This document shows, in pieces, positions 38,688 through 53,218 of a DNA stretch of 64,000 bases. Source of the stretch: Amoebidium appalachense. Taxonomy: Eukaryota > Protista > Ichthyosporea. The stretch spans positions 13,735,615-13,799,614 of the forward strand of contig CAVNZM010000002.1 in assembly GCA_963693365.1 (NCBI GenBank), written 5' to 3'. Under the pieces are notes generated by a model, which did no database searches, was not told where the DNA came from, and saw only the letters and a program-made list of their open reading frames with translations. Each line of letters begins with the position of its first letter. Within the stretch, counting starts at the first letter, position 1. Made by a program: the position numbers and the translations under genes.

Positions 38688-39971
38688 CTGTTTCATCATG
38701 GCCAGCATGGCGCTCATCCATTAGCTATATATCATGCACGTCTTTGGAAAGATGCCAGGGTGCTCTAAGCGATGTGTGTAGCACTTGCACCGTTGGTAGG
38801 CGCCCAACCGCAATGCCTTTATTGATCAGTCTAAGTGGAATGAAGTGAAAAAATAAGGAAAGATAAATAAAGCTTAAGCACGGCGATAGTGCTGGCTACC
38901 ATAGTGCCGCTGTTTCCAGTTGAAGCACGTGACCGCGCCAGCCAAGCTGCAGGCCCGTTGACATCATATTCACGCCAATTCGGCCCCCTAGGTCAACGCA
39001 GGATTTTCCTGATATAAATCTACCATGCGGGAATCGGCTGTGAACCGCTAACCATAGTTTCACGAGTCTTCAAACAGGTATTATTGCGATTACAATTTAA
39101 TTTTGCTCTCAATTCTTCTAATAAATCTATAATATTGTTATTTTAAGCGAATAAAGAGAGGTTGTTTATTTTCGCTGGATTATTTTTCGAATGACTCCCC
39201 CTAATAGCGAGCTCTAGCTGATGCAATACGGAGTCATTTAAAAAATGTCCGGTTCATTAAGGTAACCAATCACCATACGTTTCGATAACATGCAGGTATG
39301 CGCGTGTGCCCGCGTGGCTAGATCGGCATTTGTAGCAGCCCAAGCCTGGCCGCACCATGTCGTCACGATGCGTCTCGATTGTTCGGCGAACCACCACCGC
39401 CGGCTGGCAGCCACGGCCCACGTGACGAATCCACGAACACACACGTACACTGGAATGCCTTCCTAATATAGCAACGGTCCTAGGAGATCATAATCGCTTT
39501 AGGTCAATAAATTGCTTATTATGCCCCATTTCCATGCCCAAATGATCTTCCAGATGTAATTTACAAGTAGAATCGTTAGGCGATGAAACGCAGCTGCATT
39601 ATTATAAAAGGCAAGAAAAACACCTTAGCTTGCAATGCAGTATTAAGATTTGCCAATGCCGTGACCGTGGCCACCACTGGCATCACGGCAGCATGCAGAT
39701 GCCGTCATCACGAAGTTCTTCCAGACGACAGAGGCCAGTGCCAAGTTTCGCATGATCATGCATGGTGACGCCAAAGCTCTCCTGCCATGCCTGCCGTGCC
39801 CTCCTTTGACGGTCGTGCCGCGACTCGAGCTCGTGCGTGGGCCATGCCCCCATTATTGTGCACGTGTTTTGCATTTTGGCATCATTCAAAGTAGTTCAAT
39901 CATTCCCGCCGGCAATACCCCTCACATGTATGTGCGTGGATGGTCATGCAAACTGACTGCCACGGTGAGGC

Positions 39972-40012
<41 letters not shown>

Positions 40013-40135
40013 ACTTTCCCCCCCGCACGTGCATGCATGCGTGAGAGCGCGGGGGGAGGGGCAAGGGCCCGGGGACGGCGGGGGGCAGTGGGGGCCAGGG
40101 CGCGCGGGAGAGAGAGAGAGAGAGAGAGTGCGTGT

Positions 40136-40166
<31 letters not shown>

Positions 40167-40658
40167 GGTGTTATTATAAACAAAAAGTTGTTGCCAGTAC
40201 GTGCCCACATTAACATAGCTGGCTTATGATGGAACACCACAACATAGTGTCACCGGAAAATCCGTGTCATCGTCACACCACACACACACAAATGCGATAC
40301 ACAGTGTCACCACAAGTACATGTCCCTGGGCACACGCACACACACACACTGTGGCACGCACACACACGCACACGTGACACACACGCATACACACACACAC
40401 ACACACACGTCACACACGCACGTACAAAACACACACACACGTGTGCACACACACACACAACACACACACACACACGCACACACACACACGCATACACACA
40501 CACACACACACACACACAACACACACACACCACACACACACACACACATACATACACACACACACATACACACACACACATACACACACACATATACAAA
40601 ACAAACACACACACACACACGCGTGCGTGCGCGCTCACACGCACGCAGACACACCGTG

Positions 40659-40696
<38 letters not shown>

Positions 40697-41141
40697 TCAC
40701 TCACTCACACACACTTCACACAAGGACGAATAAGCGAACAGCAACTAGAAACCACCCACTCACCGAGGTGTGCATGTCACAGTGCGGTACATTTTGTTGC
40801 CGATAAATGGAGGAGCATAGATACTAAGTAGGTGGCCACTATCTAAGTCTACTTAGACTTACTAAGTAGGTTGTTTAATTTATGGAAAGAGTGGGTCTCA
40901 GGTAGCATGTATAATCACAAGTGTCTACGCTTGACTTATTTTGGTTTTTAGGGAGTATAACTCAGCGCTATTCTGTTCTGGTTTTTTGATTACTAATAGG
41001 ACCTGTTCAAGCCAAAAGGAACTCACTGATTTTACTTTTGTTAAAACCACAGTGCCGCGGCGCTAAGCCTTGTCTTCGTTTTTTGTTATAAGTACACACA
41101 CACACACACAGACACACACACACACACACACGCACACACAC

Positions 41142-41198
<57 letters not shown>

Positions 41199-41225
41199 CT
41201 ACTATGCACACACAAACACACACAC

Positions 41226-41257
<32 letters not shown>

Positions 41258-41845
41258 CGTGACACCGTGACCAGGTGTGCATGTGCTACACACGTTCGAA
41301 CAGAGATGCACTGTGAACTTTAATAGTCACACGGCCATGCACATTTATATGCATACGCATACATACACTCAATGTGGCACGTGTTCTAATTAACTTGTTC
41401 CCGCATTCAAACCCACACTCTTTCTCCAATGGCCTGTGACGCAATTACGAAATGATTCTTTTGCCTTCGAGGGAATTCCCATGGGCAACCAGAATCTTCC
41501 GCTTGTTTTACAATGGAGAAGTTCCAAATAATTGTCGGGTGACATCATGATGACATGTAATGATTTTGTACACAAGTTGTGCACAGGAAGTCACCCCTCC
41601 CCCCTCCCCCCTCCCCCCTCCCCCCCCCCCCCCCCCCCCCCCCCCCGGCCGGTGCACCCTGAATCTTGATTTTTATTTTTATTAAATTGGAAATTTGCAG
41701 ATGCCATATTGTGCTTTCAGTTGAGAAATTGTTCTAGTATGACGATACCGGCATTGTATTGAAATATTCCAGAACTTAATCCTTTTATTCTGGTAAGGCC
41801 CTGTAAAGTTTTAGAATATATCTCAGTGGCATTCCCCTCTTTCCC

Positions 41846-41876
<31 letters not shown>

Positions 41877-43974
41877 TCCCGAGCGTACACCCCACACATG
41901 CTTAGGCCACCGTGGCATATTTTTTGGGCCAGGAGCTAATATCTAGGCCAACCCCCCTCCCCCTCCCCTCCCTTCCCCCATTCCTCCACGCCCCCCACCC
42001 TCCCCCCCACACACTGACACACACACGCAAAAGAAAAAAAGAAGAAGAAGACGATGACGAAGAAGAAGAAGAAGAAAGAAAGAAAGAAAGAAAGGAAAAG
42101 GAAAGGGGGAAAAAAAGGGGGGGGGGGGGGGTAGGTACCAAGTTTGATATGCTATATCACTCCTGACCGGCTCTAATTCAGGGGTCCCGGATGCCTTTGC
42201 AATGGTTCCACCGATACTCACAGGGTTTTAACTGCAACATAGTGCGACCTTAATGACGCCTACGCATTTTTTGACACAAACACATACCCACCGTAACTTG
42301 AAAGAAAGCTTGGTTTTGAAGACGGAGGCCGGGGAGGGAGGGGAGGGGGTGTGTGTGTGTGGGGGGGGGGGGGAATATCGTAGGCTCAGTGTTTTTGAAA
42401 GTTTTTTACGCGGGCAGGAGGGAGAGGTGGGGCCGGGGGGGAGGGGGGAGGAGGGAGGGCCTTAGTAATGCCACCCAACTGCACAGATTCCCCCCCCCCC
42501 CCCCCCCCTCCCCCCCCCTCCCCCCTCCCCCCACACACACACACCACACACACACACACACACACACCACGTGGGCTATAACGCATATCATGGTCACATG
42601 AGAGCAATATCATTTGGCACAAGATGATAGTCAATCTCAAAACGTGAATCATTGTATCAAGTTACCCCAAACTGGAAGGCTACAGTCGCTATATATAGCT
42701 ACGGCCATGACCCCCCCCCCCCCCCCCCCCCCCCCTGGCCGCCTCGTGAGCGGGCCGGCCCAGGGGCCAGATGATTCTCCCGTCCGGGCACCGCCCCGTG
42801 GGGTCTCTCAAATTAAGGACGGCTTCGAGCACTGATCAACAATGTTGCTTGTGAGGACAAATGTCATGTCGTTGTTTATGCACATAATCGTATGCAGTGT
42901 TTGGGTATTAGTATATAAATTTTAAGCAATAACACGGTTACACACTGCGTTATGATTTGTGTAGGTGCGTGCACACAGTACCAACTGGGGTAAATAAAAT
43001 GTTTTGTTGCTAACACTGTGACATGTGCCCCAGTGGACGCAGTGCATACTCACTGCCAAATGCCCTGTCCCTGTGTGCGCGCGCTTGAAAGTTCAAGTGC
43101 ACGTGCCTGGGTGCACACAGTACTGACACCGTTGTATGATACGTGCATATGATTCGCTGAATTACGAAAGAAAGAGGAAAATGCACACTTAGTACTAGAG
43201 TTAAATATTTTCTCGCTGTGTATACTTGCGTTATCCAAATACGTGGGTGTAAAACATCAGCAAATATGTTGTCGGTGTGTGCGTGTGCATGCCCGAGTGC
43301 GCTCACAGTACTCTAAATATTTTATTGCCGTGTACGTAGGTGCGTGTATAAGCACGTGCGTCTGATCGATGCACACAAGTACCAATTATTTTATTGCTGT
43401 GTGTGTAAGTGCGTGTATAAGTGAGCGTGTCTGGTTGCACACAGTACTGGATATTTGATTGCTTTGACATCACATGTGTCTGTGAGCTCATGTGGCACTG
43501 CTTGGGCGCACACAGGGGGCCCAAGGATGCAAAAACTCATTGCACAACAGGTACCTGTGCGCGTGCACGTGATCGGCATGCACAATTACTATATATGGTG
43601 GGTGATCCAAACACAAAACAGGGTTCATGGATAAAACAGCTTTGTTTCCCCTCACCACCCAGGGTAGGGTACATTATTATGCTTTGCCACAGGCCCTAGT
43701 GCTATACAAATGTGAACAGACAGGGGCAACGATTATCCCCAGCATATTGGCATCGGCAAATTTTGCTGAATAAAACATCATACAAATCTCAGCTACAACT
43801 CCACATATATGACTCGAAATAGTAGTGTGGTTTTATTCCGTGACAAGGCTAAAACAAATTGAGTGGGTAACGAGGCTGGGGTACAAAAAAAAACTGAAAC
43901 GGGGGGATAAGGTCGTTTCTCTCTCTGAGAATACCTTGATGCTACCGAAGAACTTGTCACATAGTCACGAGGTG

Positions 43975-44051
<77 letters not shown>

Positions 44052-44733
44052 CGTGTGGTGTGTCTGTGTGCGTGTGTACATCCAAAATGCACACTCCTAG
44101 TCCATCCCGTCTACTTCTAAAGACTAATAACAATTAAAGCAAAAAAACTTTCCAAAATCCAAAAAACAAGCACAAATCACAAGTAAACGAGCAAAACCAC
44201 CATCCTAGCATATGAATAGCATCTCACACAACACCCCACCCCCACAAATCACCTTGAGACAGCAGCGGATGCTATCAACCGCTAATGGTAAATATATCCG
44301 GCAACCGATACACTCTGTTAACGTCATTCTTTCTGATTGGCATGCCTCCACACACAGTTAACAGCAACAAAGGGAGAGCTCCAAGCACAAAACAAATCCC
44401 AAAACGATGGCCTGAAGCAGAACTTTAAAGTTTAACTTTCGTACACGGCCACACTTATAATTCGGCCTGCAAAAAAGTAACACGCAAACAAACAAACCAA
44501 AAAAAACAAGACAAGAAAAACAGAGGAAACGGAACACTCGCATTTGATTCATGCATGAACAAGGCACACACCCCACCCGAAAGACGCCGAAAACCGGAAG
44601 CACCAACAACTTCCAGTCATACCTACGAGATCTCCCAAACAATCTGTAAAAAAACAACCGAAAACCCGAAACACCCAGTTGCCACCTAGCACTCGTAACT
44701 GACGCCTTTCAAAAACCTGAACAACCAAGCAAC

Positions 44734-47398
44734 CTAGCTCCCACCATTAAGCGGCGGGCTCCGCTTTGTCGCCATGGCGCCTGCGTTTGGTGGGGTGTGT
44801 GGTGAGGGGTTCATACCGCCAGGATTAGGACCCCCCTGCTGCTGCTGTCCCTGCTGTCCGCCTGGGGGTGCCGGCATCAACGTGGGCCCACCACCCGCCC
44901 CACCCGGCTGCTGGGCACCGGGAAGCATCAATCCTGGGGGTAGACCCATCATCTGGGGGGGGTAGAGCCATGCCCGGGATGCCCGGCATGCCCATTGGGA
45001 ACCCCACCGGGAGACTCATGCCGGGTGGAAGCCCTGGGATGCCGCCTGGGCCGGGGGGCATCCCGGGCATACCTGGTATACCACCCGGCATCTGGCCGGG
45101 AAGCATAAGCCCCGGAATCGGGGGCATACCCGGGATCATGGACAGGCCGGCAAGACCCCCCGACCCCAACTGAGCCAAAGCCAAGGGGTTAAGCATGGCC
45201 TGTGCTGCTGCCGCTGCTGCTGCCGCCTGGGGGTTAACCATGCCGTTTGCTGGCTGTTGGGCCCCAGGTGCCCCCGGAGGCTGGTTTTGGGGCTGGGGAC
45301 CACTTGGGTTTGGTGTTTGGCCACCGGCACCACCACCCCCTCCCTGCTGCTGTTGCTGTTGTTGCTGTTGGGCGTTGGGCTGACCCCCTTGCTGCCCAGG
45401 CCCTCCGGTGCCACCACTTTGGGGTGCGGCCGGCCCACCGTTTGGCCCCGGGGTGGCCCCGGGCATTGATGGCATGCCTGGCATGGGTGGCATACCCCCT
45501 GGCATGCCCGGGAACATGGGTAGGGTGGAGAACTGCGACACGGCCATTGCAGCAGCAGCAGCTGCTGCATAGGGATTGGTTGGAGCCATGGCGGCTAGGG
45601 TGGGGAAGGTGCTTGGGCCAGGGGTGTTGAGCGACATAAGTTGCTTGAGGAACTTGATTTCGGCCTCGAGGGAACGTAGCCGGTGGGAGTGCTGGTCGCA
45701 CTCTTTGGTCTTGGCCGTGGCAATGTCTTCGAGCATCTGCATCTCTGCCTTTTTCTTCTGGCGGAAGCGGGCGCTGGCGACGCAGTTCCGAAGACGTTTC
45801 TTGTCCGTGCCGTTGGGGTTGTTACCGTCCTTGTTATCGGAGCCACTGTCCTCTTCTATGCCTGGCCGGTCGCTCAGGGTGCTGTTAGGCTGCTGTAGTC
45901 CCCCCGGGTGCTGGGGAGGAGGGGGCATCTGCATGTGCATGTTGAACTGCTGGTGTGCCTGTTGCTGCGCCATGGCATGCTGCATGGCGATGGTCTGTTG
46001 CATCGCAGACAGCTGCATCTGCATATTGTTCTGGCCCCCGCCCCCTTCCATCTTGATCCCTGTTGTGTCCCACCCGCCTGGGACACCGCCCGGAACGCCA
46101 CCCGGAACACCGCCCCCACCGTTGTCCATCTGTTGTTTTCCGCCGCCGCCACCACCGCCGTCCTTCTGTCCTTGTTGGTTTGGTTGCATGGCACCCTTGT
46201 TACTATCCTCCAAAACCTCGACGGTTTCCTGCTGTCCGGGCTGGCCAGGGTGAGGGGAAGTCTTTGGGCCCTGTGCGTACATCATGTTTGCGAGGGACTG
46301 TTGCAGGTGCTGCTGCTGCTGCTGCTGCATCTGGTGCTGCAGTTGTTGTTGTTGCTGGTGCATCTGTTCTTGCAGCACGGCCTGTTGCTGTGCCAGTTGC
46401 ATCTGCATCTGCATTTGCATTTGCATTTGCATATGGTGTTGCTGTTGCATCTGCGAATGCATCGGCCCTCCTCCACCACCGCCGCCGCCCTGTCCACCCG
46501 GCCCAACACCCTGTTGCCCACCGGGTCCTCCGGCACCTCCGGGCCCGCCCCCCCGGCTGCTGTTGTTGCTGTTGTTGTTGCTGCTGTGCTTGCATGTGTG
46601 CAGCCATTTGCTGCTGCATCTGCTGGTGAAGTTGCTGCAACTGTGCCTGTTGCTGTTGCTGCTGCTGCAACTGTTGCAGCTGTGCCTGAGCCTGGTTCTG
46701 TGCCGCCATCTGTTGCGCCTGCTGTGCCTGTTGTTGCGCCTGTTGCTGTTGCTGTTGTTGTTGCTGTTGTTGTTGGCGTAGGTCGACTGTGGATGGTGTG
46801 CGCCGTTTTGCATCTTCCACCTGCCGCACCAGGAAATTCGCCGCGTTTGCAGCGTCCTGAGCTGACGCCTGGCTAGGCCATGCGGGCATACCCCCCGGCC
46901 CTTGTCCACCCGGGCCACCTGCAATGCGTGGGGACACATCGAGAGGAACCACGTTCGTTCCAGGGACGGCGCTCTGTTTTCGTTTTGCGGCCGCGTTGTC
47001 CTCTTTTGAGTTTGGTTGCAAAGACATGCTGCGTTGGCGTTTGCTCTGTGGTGGTTGCATGCTCGACGTGTCGTTTTGACCCGTGCCGCCGCTTGCTGTG
47101 CGCTGGAGACCCATGGCACCACCGGCTGACTGGGGCTGTTGCAGTTGGCCAGAACCGCGCTTGAGCGAGGAGGGGTTTTCTAGGCCACCAGACATCTAGG
47201 GTAGATATGGAAAGAGTTAGAAATTGTTGTGAAGGTGCGTGGGCAGGACAGATAGAATAGCAAGAGCCAGAAATCTGAAGTGGTAGGTGGATGGCGCAAG
47301 GGAAGACAAATAATCATAGAGGTGGGCAGGTTGGTGGGGCATAGAAAGAGCATCGGAACGATTGTGTGAGTGTACATGTGTGCATGCGTGCACCCTTT

Positions 47399-47450
<52 letters not shown>

Positions 47451-48123
47451 GTTTGCGCGCGCGTGTGCTTGGGTGTATATGTGCCATATGCGTGTGCTTG
47501 CAAATTTAAATGCATAAGTGCGTGCGTTATGGCGGCACGCATCACATGTCTACGCTATCCAACATCTGCCTTGTACCATACATCATGAAAGACGCAAAGA
47601 ATCGAATCTAACTAGAAAAGGGAGGCAAGAGAGCTCGGGAAACAGGGTGAGCTTGAGAGGAAAAAAAGGGGGCGGAGGAGGGGGGGCGGCTTCCGGGGGG
47701 GGGGGGGGGGGGGGGGGGGGGAGGGGGGAGGGGATGGCCTTCTCAGCACAAGGGAAACAGGCAAGAACGATGGCGTGCAGAGAGCCACGAACAAACTGTG
47801 AGCTGAAAACATCCACACAAACGAGAAAAGCGCACCACACCGAGAAGGGGAGGGCGACGGGAGGGGGGAGGTGGGGGGGGGGGGGTTTGAATGCGGAACA
47901 CAGTACGAAGTACGCATACACGATGAGAAGCATGGTGCAGGACACATGCAAAGGCAAACATTCAAGTATGCAGCATCAGCCATGCGCACAGTATGCGTCA
48001 TAAGCAGAGCCCAGGGGGGGGACGCAGGGGAGGGATTAGAATGCGTCATAGAGTACGAATTACACATTCATGATGGACAACATGTTGCTGAGTGCAATGC
48101 ACACATTAAGCACCAATAACCTC

Positions 48124-48170
<47 letters not shown>

Positions 48171-48433
48171 GGGGGGGGGGGAGCAGGGACAGATGTAATG
48201 TGTAGTGGGTGAACCTAGTCAAGAAGTAGAAGGTATTAGGGGTAGGCATGGATAACAGATGCCATATACGAGGAAACGTCAAAAAAAGATAGGGGTCGAG
48301 CGGTGCACACTCAGAGCAACCAAGACTCGAAACGAGGAAGTCAAAGCCCTGCCAACATCAGATCCATCCCCCCCCCCCCCCCCCCCCCCCCCCCCGAAAC
48401 GAGGAAGTCAAAGCCCTGCCAACATCAGATCCA

Positions 48434-48466
<33 letters not shown>

Positions 48467-48626
48467 CCGGCCCACCTCAGTCACCTTCATAAGATACCCG
48501 TTACAGGTAAGGGCTAGAGAAGGGTGAAAAGGACCCAATCGTGACCCAACGTCCATTCCCCTCTATACAGCATCTCATGGGATGTGGGAGACGGTGGTGG
48601 TGGTGGTGGCGTTTTTTTTTTTTTTT

Positions 48627-48657
<31 letters not shown>

Positions 48658-50040
48658 GGGCAGAGAGAGCGAGAGAGCGAGAGAATGAGAGAAGCGGGAG
48701 GGGGGGGGGAGGGGGGCAGCAAGAGCCGACAGATTTGTATCTGCACCCAGACCTTGCAGCTACCATGCGCACAATGAGAGAAGAACCAGCATCTCTGCGC
48801 GGACCTATGGTGTACATACGAACACACACGTCTGAACACACGTGCACAGGCACAGGCAGCAACGATACTCAGGCACAGGAACGTGCATGCAACACTCTGC
48901 ATAGATGGCAATGGGAAACACAAGGAAGGTGGTGCCACCAACGTGAAAGAGGCGTCATGGGAGGATGGAGGGGGAAGAGGGGGGGGTGGGACGGGCGGGG
49001 GGGAGGGGAACGGGGGAAGCTGTGCCTCTATGTAAATGCGTAAACCCCCTGCCTCTATGTGTGCATGCGTGTGTGTCTGCGTGCTTCCGTGCAGGTGCAT
49101 GCCTGTGCATCTGCATGGATGCATGCGAGCGCGAGTGCACGTGTCTCGTAGAAGTGCGTGCGCAAACATGTATCCATCCCATGGAGGCAAAGCAAGAGAT
49201 GGGAAAGCGGAGGTGGGAGCAGAGAAGGACCACACAGATACATCAGTTATCCACACACACACAAGCTGCCTATATTGCAAACCCAAGGCCGAAGATGTTT
49301 AGCGCAATGAGCACTTCCGTGATACAGGGTGGCGTAACGTAAATTGAACACGTGCATGTACGTGTGCGCACGAAAACAAAAATCGTATCCACCTGTATAA
49401 CAAAGAAGCAGAAGGGGAGAAGTCGAGAATATGAGGGCTGAGGGGAGGGGAAGAGTGGAGGTGTGGTCGAAGGGCGGGTGTGCATAAGTATAACAATACC
49501 ACCATAACCCGTAGACAAGATCAAGAAAAAGAAAATAAGCCAGCAAGGAAGATAGAAAGCTGCAGAAAGGAACAAAACACGAGGCCAACGGGTTTGTGTG
49601 TATGCGGACAACGCACACACACACATGTATGAATGCGTGTTTGTGCTGCAACAAACAGAATCCAAGAGTAGGGTGAAGTAAACGAGGAACAACACAGAAC
49701 GAGGGACATGAAAGGTAACAAAATGAAAGATAACACGATGCATGATAGCAAGATGAAGACGACGAGATGGAGGGGCAAAAAAAAAAAAAAAAAAAAAAAA
49801 ACGAGAGGAAGACCGGGAACAAAGTTCCAGATCCACGAACATGGAGTGAAGGTGAAATACGGACACCGAAGGGCCACCCTCCATACCTGTGACGGGTTTC
49901 CCGGGGGTGGAGGGTGTGGTTGCAATGCAAGGGTGGCCGGATTTGGGGGTGGGCCCCTTGAACCCGGCATCCCAGGGGGGCCCATGCCTGGGGGCAGGCC
50001 CATGAATTGGCCCATGGGAAAGTTGCCCATCCCGCCACCG

Positions 50041-50117
<77 letters not shown>

Positions 50118-52937
50118 ATGGGTTGGTGTTGGTGTGCACACGTGTGAGTGTGTGTAAACTCAGGCATGTGTGTGTATGTGTAGGGGTTGTGCGCGTGCAA
50201 GTGAGTGTATGTGCATGTGCATGTGTTTGTGTGTGTGTGTGTGTGTGTGCAAGATCGCGTGTGCGTATGTGTGTGTGTGTGTGCAAGATCGCGTGTGCGT
50301 ATGAGTGTGTGTGTGTGTGTGTGCAAGGTCGTGTGTGCGTGTGCGTGTGCGTGTGTGTGTGCGTGGAGGGGGGGGGGGGGGGGGAGGAGGAGGGGGAGCA
50401 GGAGAAAGTAAGTTGCACTGCACAGATGCACTATTACAAGGTCCGTTTACAAAAAACTTGGAACATCCCTCGCCAAAAGCAAACAACTTAACACATTTCA
50501 GCTTTTGATTTGGGATTTGAGCTTTCAATACATATCGAAGTGTTTTATATACCTGTTTCAATAATTTGTGAGTTTGTATGCAAAAATGCATGTGCGTGCG
50601 CACGTGTGTGTGCGTGTCCGTGCGCGCACGCGAGCATGCACACCGGTAGGCAGGTTCGAAAATTACTTGTGTTTGTGCATGTGTGTGCATGTGTGTGTGT
50701 GTGTGTGTGTGTGTGTGGAAGAACGGGACCGGGGGGGGGGGGGGGGGGGGGGGGAGGGGGGGGGGAATACGGCGCACAGCAAGACGTACTATTATGCAAT
50801 GCAGAAGGCAAAATAACCAGCGCGTGAGAGCAAAAGCAAGAGCAAGAGTGAGAGAAAGCAAGAGAAAGAGAGTGTGTGTGAGTGAGTGAGAGTGGGTGAG
50901 AGAGAAAGAGAGAGAAGAGAGATGGATAGCGATGGAGGGAGAGAGGGAGGGAGGGAGCGAGAGGGGATAGAGAGAGAGAGAGAGAGGGGGAGGGGGGGGG
51001 GGGGGGGGAGAGGGAGAGGGAGAGAAAGGGAGAGAGAGGGAGGGAAGGAGAAAGAGAGAAGGGAGGGAGAGAGAGAGAGAGAGAGAGGCGGGGGGGGGGG
51101 GGGGGGAGGGGGGGGGGGTTTTGAATGCGTTAAAAAGTACGAAGTACACAAGAACAAACGGATAACACGATGCAGAATGCAAGCCATACATAAAGAGTAT
51201 GCATAATAAGCAGAGCCCATCCTCAGGGGGGGCCCACGTCATCCACAGTACCCGAGTTTCGACCTATTCCCCTCGTTAACGAAACCCAACTCAGATACTG
51301 TTTCACTTGAACATGAGTAGGTCACCCGTCTTGATCAGAGACGAGCAGGGTTGCTTATGCAGGCAAGGGCAGTGGGAAAGGCCGGGGGTTAAAGTTGCAG
51401 CAGTAAGCAGAAGCAAGAAAAATATAGATAGGAACTCAGGAGACGGGGCTTCTAGGAAGCTCCCCCGTCGATACCTAAGGGGGGGAGAGGGGGGGAGAGA
51501 GAGAGAGGGAGGAGAGAGAGAGAGGGAGGGAGGGAGAGGGAGAGAGGGAAGGAGAGAGAGAGAGAGTGTGTGTGTGTGAGAGATGAGAGGGAGAGTGAGA
51601 GAGAGAGGAAAGAGAGGGAGAGAGAGAGAGGGGGAGAGATAGAGAGAATGAGAATAAGAATAGGGCACACACAAAGAATGCATATATAAGTTCACAGAAA
51701 CGCCAGCCCCCCTTGCAAACACAAGCTCGTGCACGAGAACAGCAAGCACACCAGCACCACCATCTATGGTTCTACCCCTGCAAGCAAGGAATAAGTCAGG
51801 TAACCACAGAAAAGCGGAAATGTATGTGGAAAATAAAGACGGGGGGTGCAGGGGAGAGGAAGGGGGGGAGAGGGGAGGGGAAGAGATGTGTACGGTATAT
51901 GGCCCTTATGAGGGCGGCTGCAGGAGGTGTCAAAGGTTGCACAACACCAAAAGCAAAGGCATGCAATAGAACAGAAATAGGCAACAGAACCGCACACAAG
52001 AAACCGGCATGTAGAACAAGCACACCCCTGCATGTGTGTGCCTGTGCATGTGCGCATTTGTTTGTGCGCATGTGTGCACGCGTGCATGTGTGTGTAAGAG
52101 CGCGCGCGAGCACCTGATGCAACACACATATGCGCACAACAGTACAAGCAAAATGTGTTGGATTGGGTGTGCCCGCAGGTTTATGGCGGGCTTGTGCAAG
52201 TGTATCTGGTCCTCTGCCTGTTTGTCCGCACTTGTATGTGTGCGTACAGACTACAGCTATCGACAGAACACAACCCCCCCCCCCCCCCCCCCCCCCCCCG
52301 GTTAAAAAAAACAAAAAACAAAAAAAAAACAAACGACACACACGTACATACACACACACACACCATCACACACACACATACAAAAATAAAAATAAAAATA
52401 AACAAGTGCCCACCCACGCATGCATGCACGCTCACGGGCTTCACAGATGGCCAAGTCAATCACACTAACAGCTGGAAATGGCAGAGAGCAGAAAAGTGGC
52501 CGGAGATGGCAAATGAAAGTACCGTACGGTAGCAAGCAAGGATATAAGGACACATGTAGATATGTGAGTGTGGGCCGGAGCCACAAGTATGCGTGAGAGA
52601 GTATGCGAATGCATGCATGGTATGTCGTTAACATAAACACTAGAATGCAAGGCTACGTGCAGACGGTGCAGTGCAAGTACCACACAGCCACGAACGGAGC
52701 TACCGTTCTCCTGCATGTTGTTTCTGATATCAAAAGAATCAAATATCCTACAGCCAACAGCCACCAAACCGCATCCCACCACAACATCAAAGGCGCACGC
52801 GCCAACAATATACATGCACAAATGAAAAGACCCACACCCACACACAAACACACACAGCACAAGCACGTGTCACCCTTATTCTAGCACCCGACTCACACGC
52901 ACCTCCACACACACCACACACACACACACACACTCGG

Positions 52938-52993
<56 letters not shown>

Positions 52994-53218
52994 CTTGCCG
53001 AAAAAGGCAAGAGCACGAAAAGCACATACCATATCCCATGCCCGGCATCATAGCAAAAGCAGCAGCAGCAGCAGCCACTGCAGGGTCCATCATGCCGTAG
53101 GGGCTAATGCCCATGCCCGGCATACCGGGAGGGCCCATCTGGCCCGGTTGCTGCCCCTGGCCCGACCCGTCAACCCCTCCTTGTTGGCCCGTGGAGATGG
53201 CATTCCCTTGTCCCCCGC
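44734..53218 (-). CDS. bZIP transcription factor (basic region like CYS-3/MetR/Zip1) with long Q/G/P/M-rich low-complexity regions
   Basis: Exons 53218-53030, 50041-49887 and 47195-44734 are in phase. A candidate start ATGG|gtgagt lies at 53394-53391. bZIP domain: [57 protein letters not shown]. The last exon needs one base removed from each homopolymer at 46548-46554 and 44955-44962 to stay in frame. Confidence 0.88.
47886..48013 (-). mobile_element. C-tract SINE-like element, subfamily A, 5'-truncated; a decayed relative follows at ~48035-48100
   Basis: Near-identical to 28523-28650, with G-runs on both sides. The adjacent TTAGAATGCGTCATAGAGTACGAATTACAC resembles the family 3' end. Confidence 0.85.
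48328..48465. repeat. Perfect 40-bp direct duplication, each copy followed by a C-run
   Basis: CGAAACGAGGAAGTCAAAGCCCTGCCAACATCAGATCCAT plus Cn, twice. Confidence 0.9.
51119..51440 (-). mobile_element. C-tract SINE-like element, subfamily B (~320 bp)
   Basis: Near-identical inverted copy of 60682-61001 and a diverged homologue of 28522-28805. Confidence 0.85.

Noticed and set aside
41396-41414. GTTCCCGCATTCAAACCC match to the SINE 3' end
   Set aside because: Too short (~17 bp) to separate from chance, so it is not counted as a copy.
45908-46876. 322-aa + strand ORF and similar overlapping ORFs
   Set aside because: Antisense shadows of the CAG-rich bZIP exon.
48485-48513. Possible small bZIP exon (ctctag|...|gtgact)
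   Set aside because: It contains an in-frame stop, and the flanking exons already join in phase.
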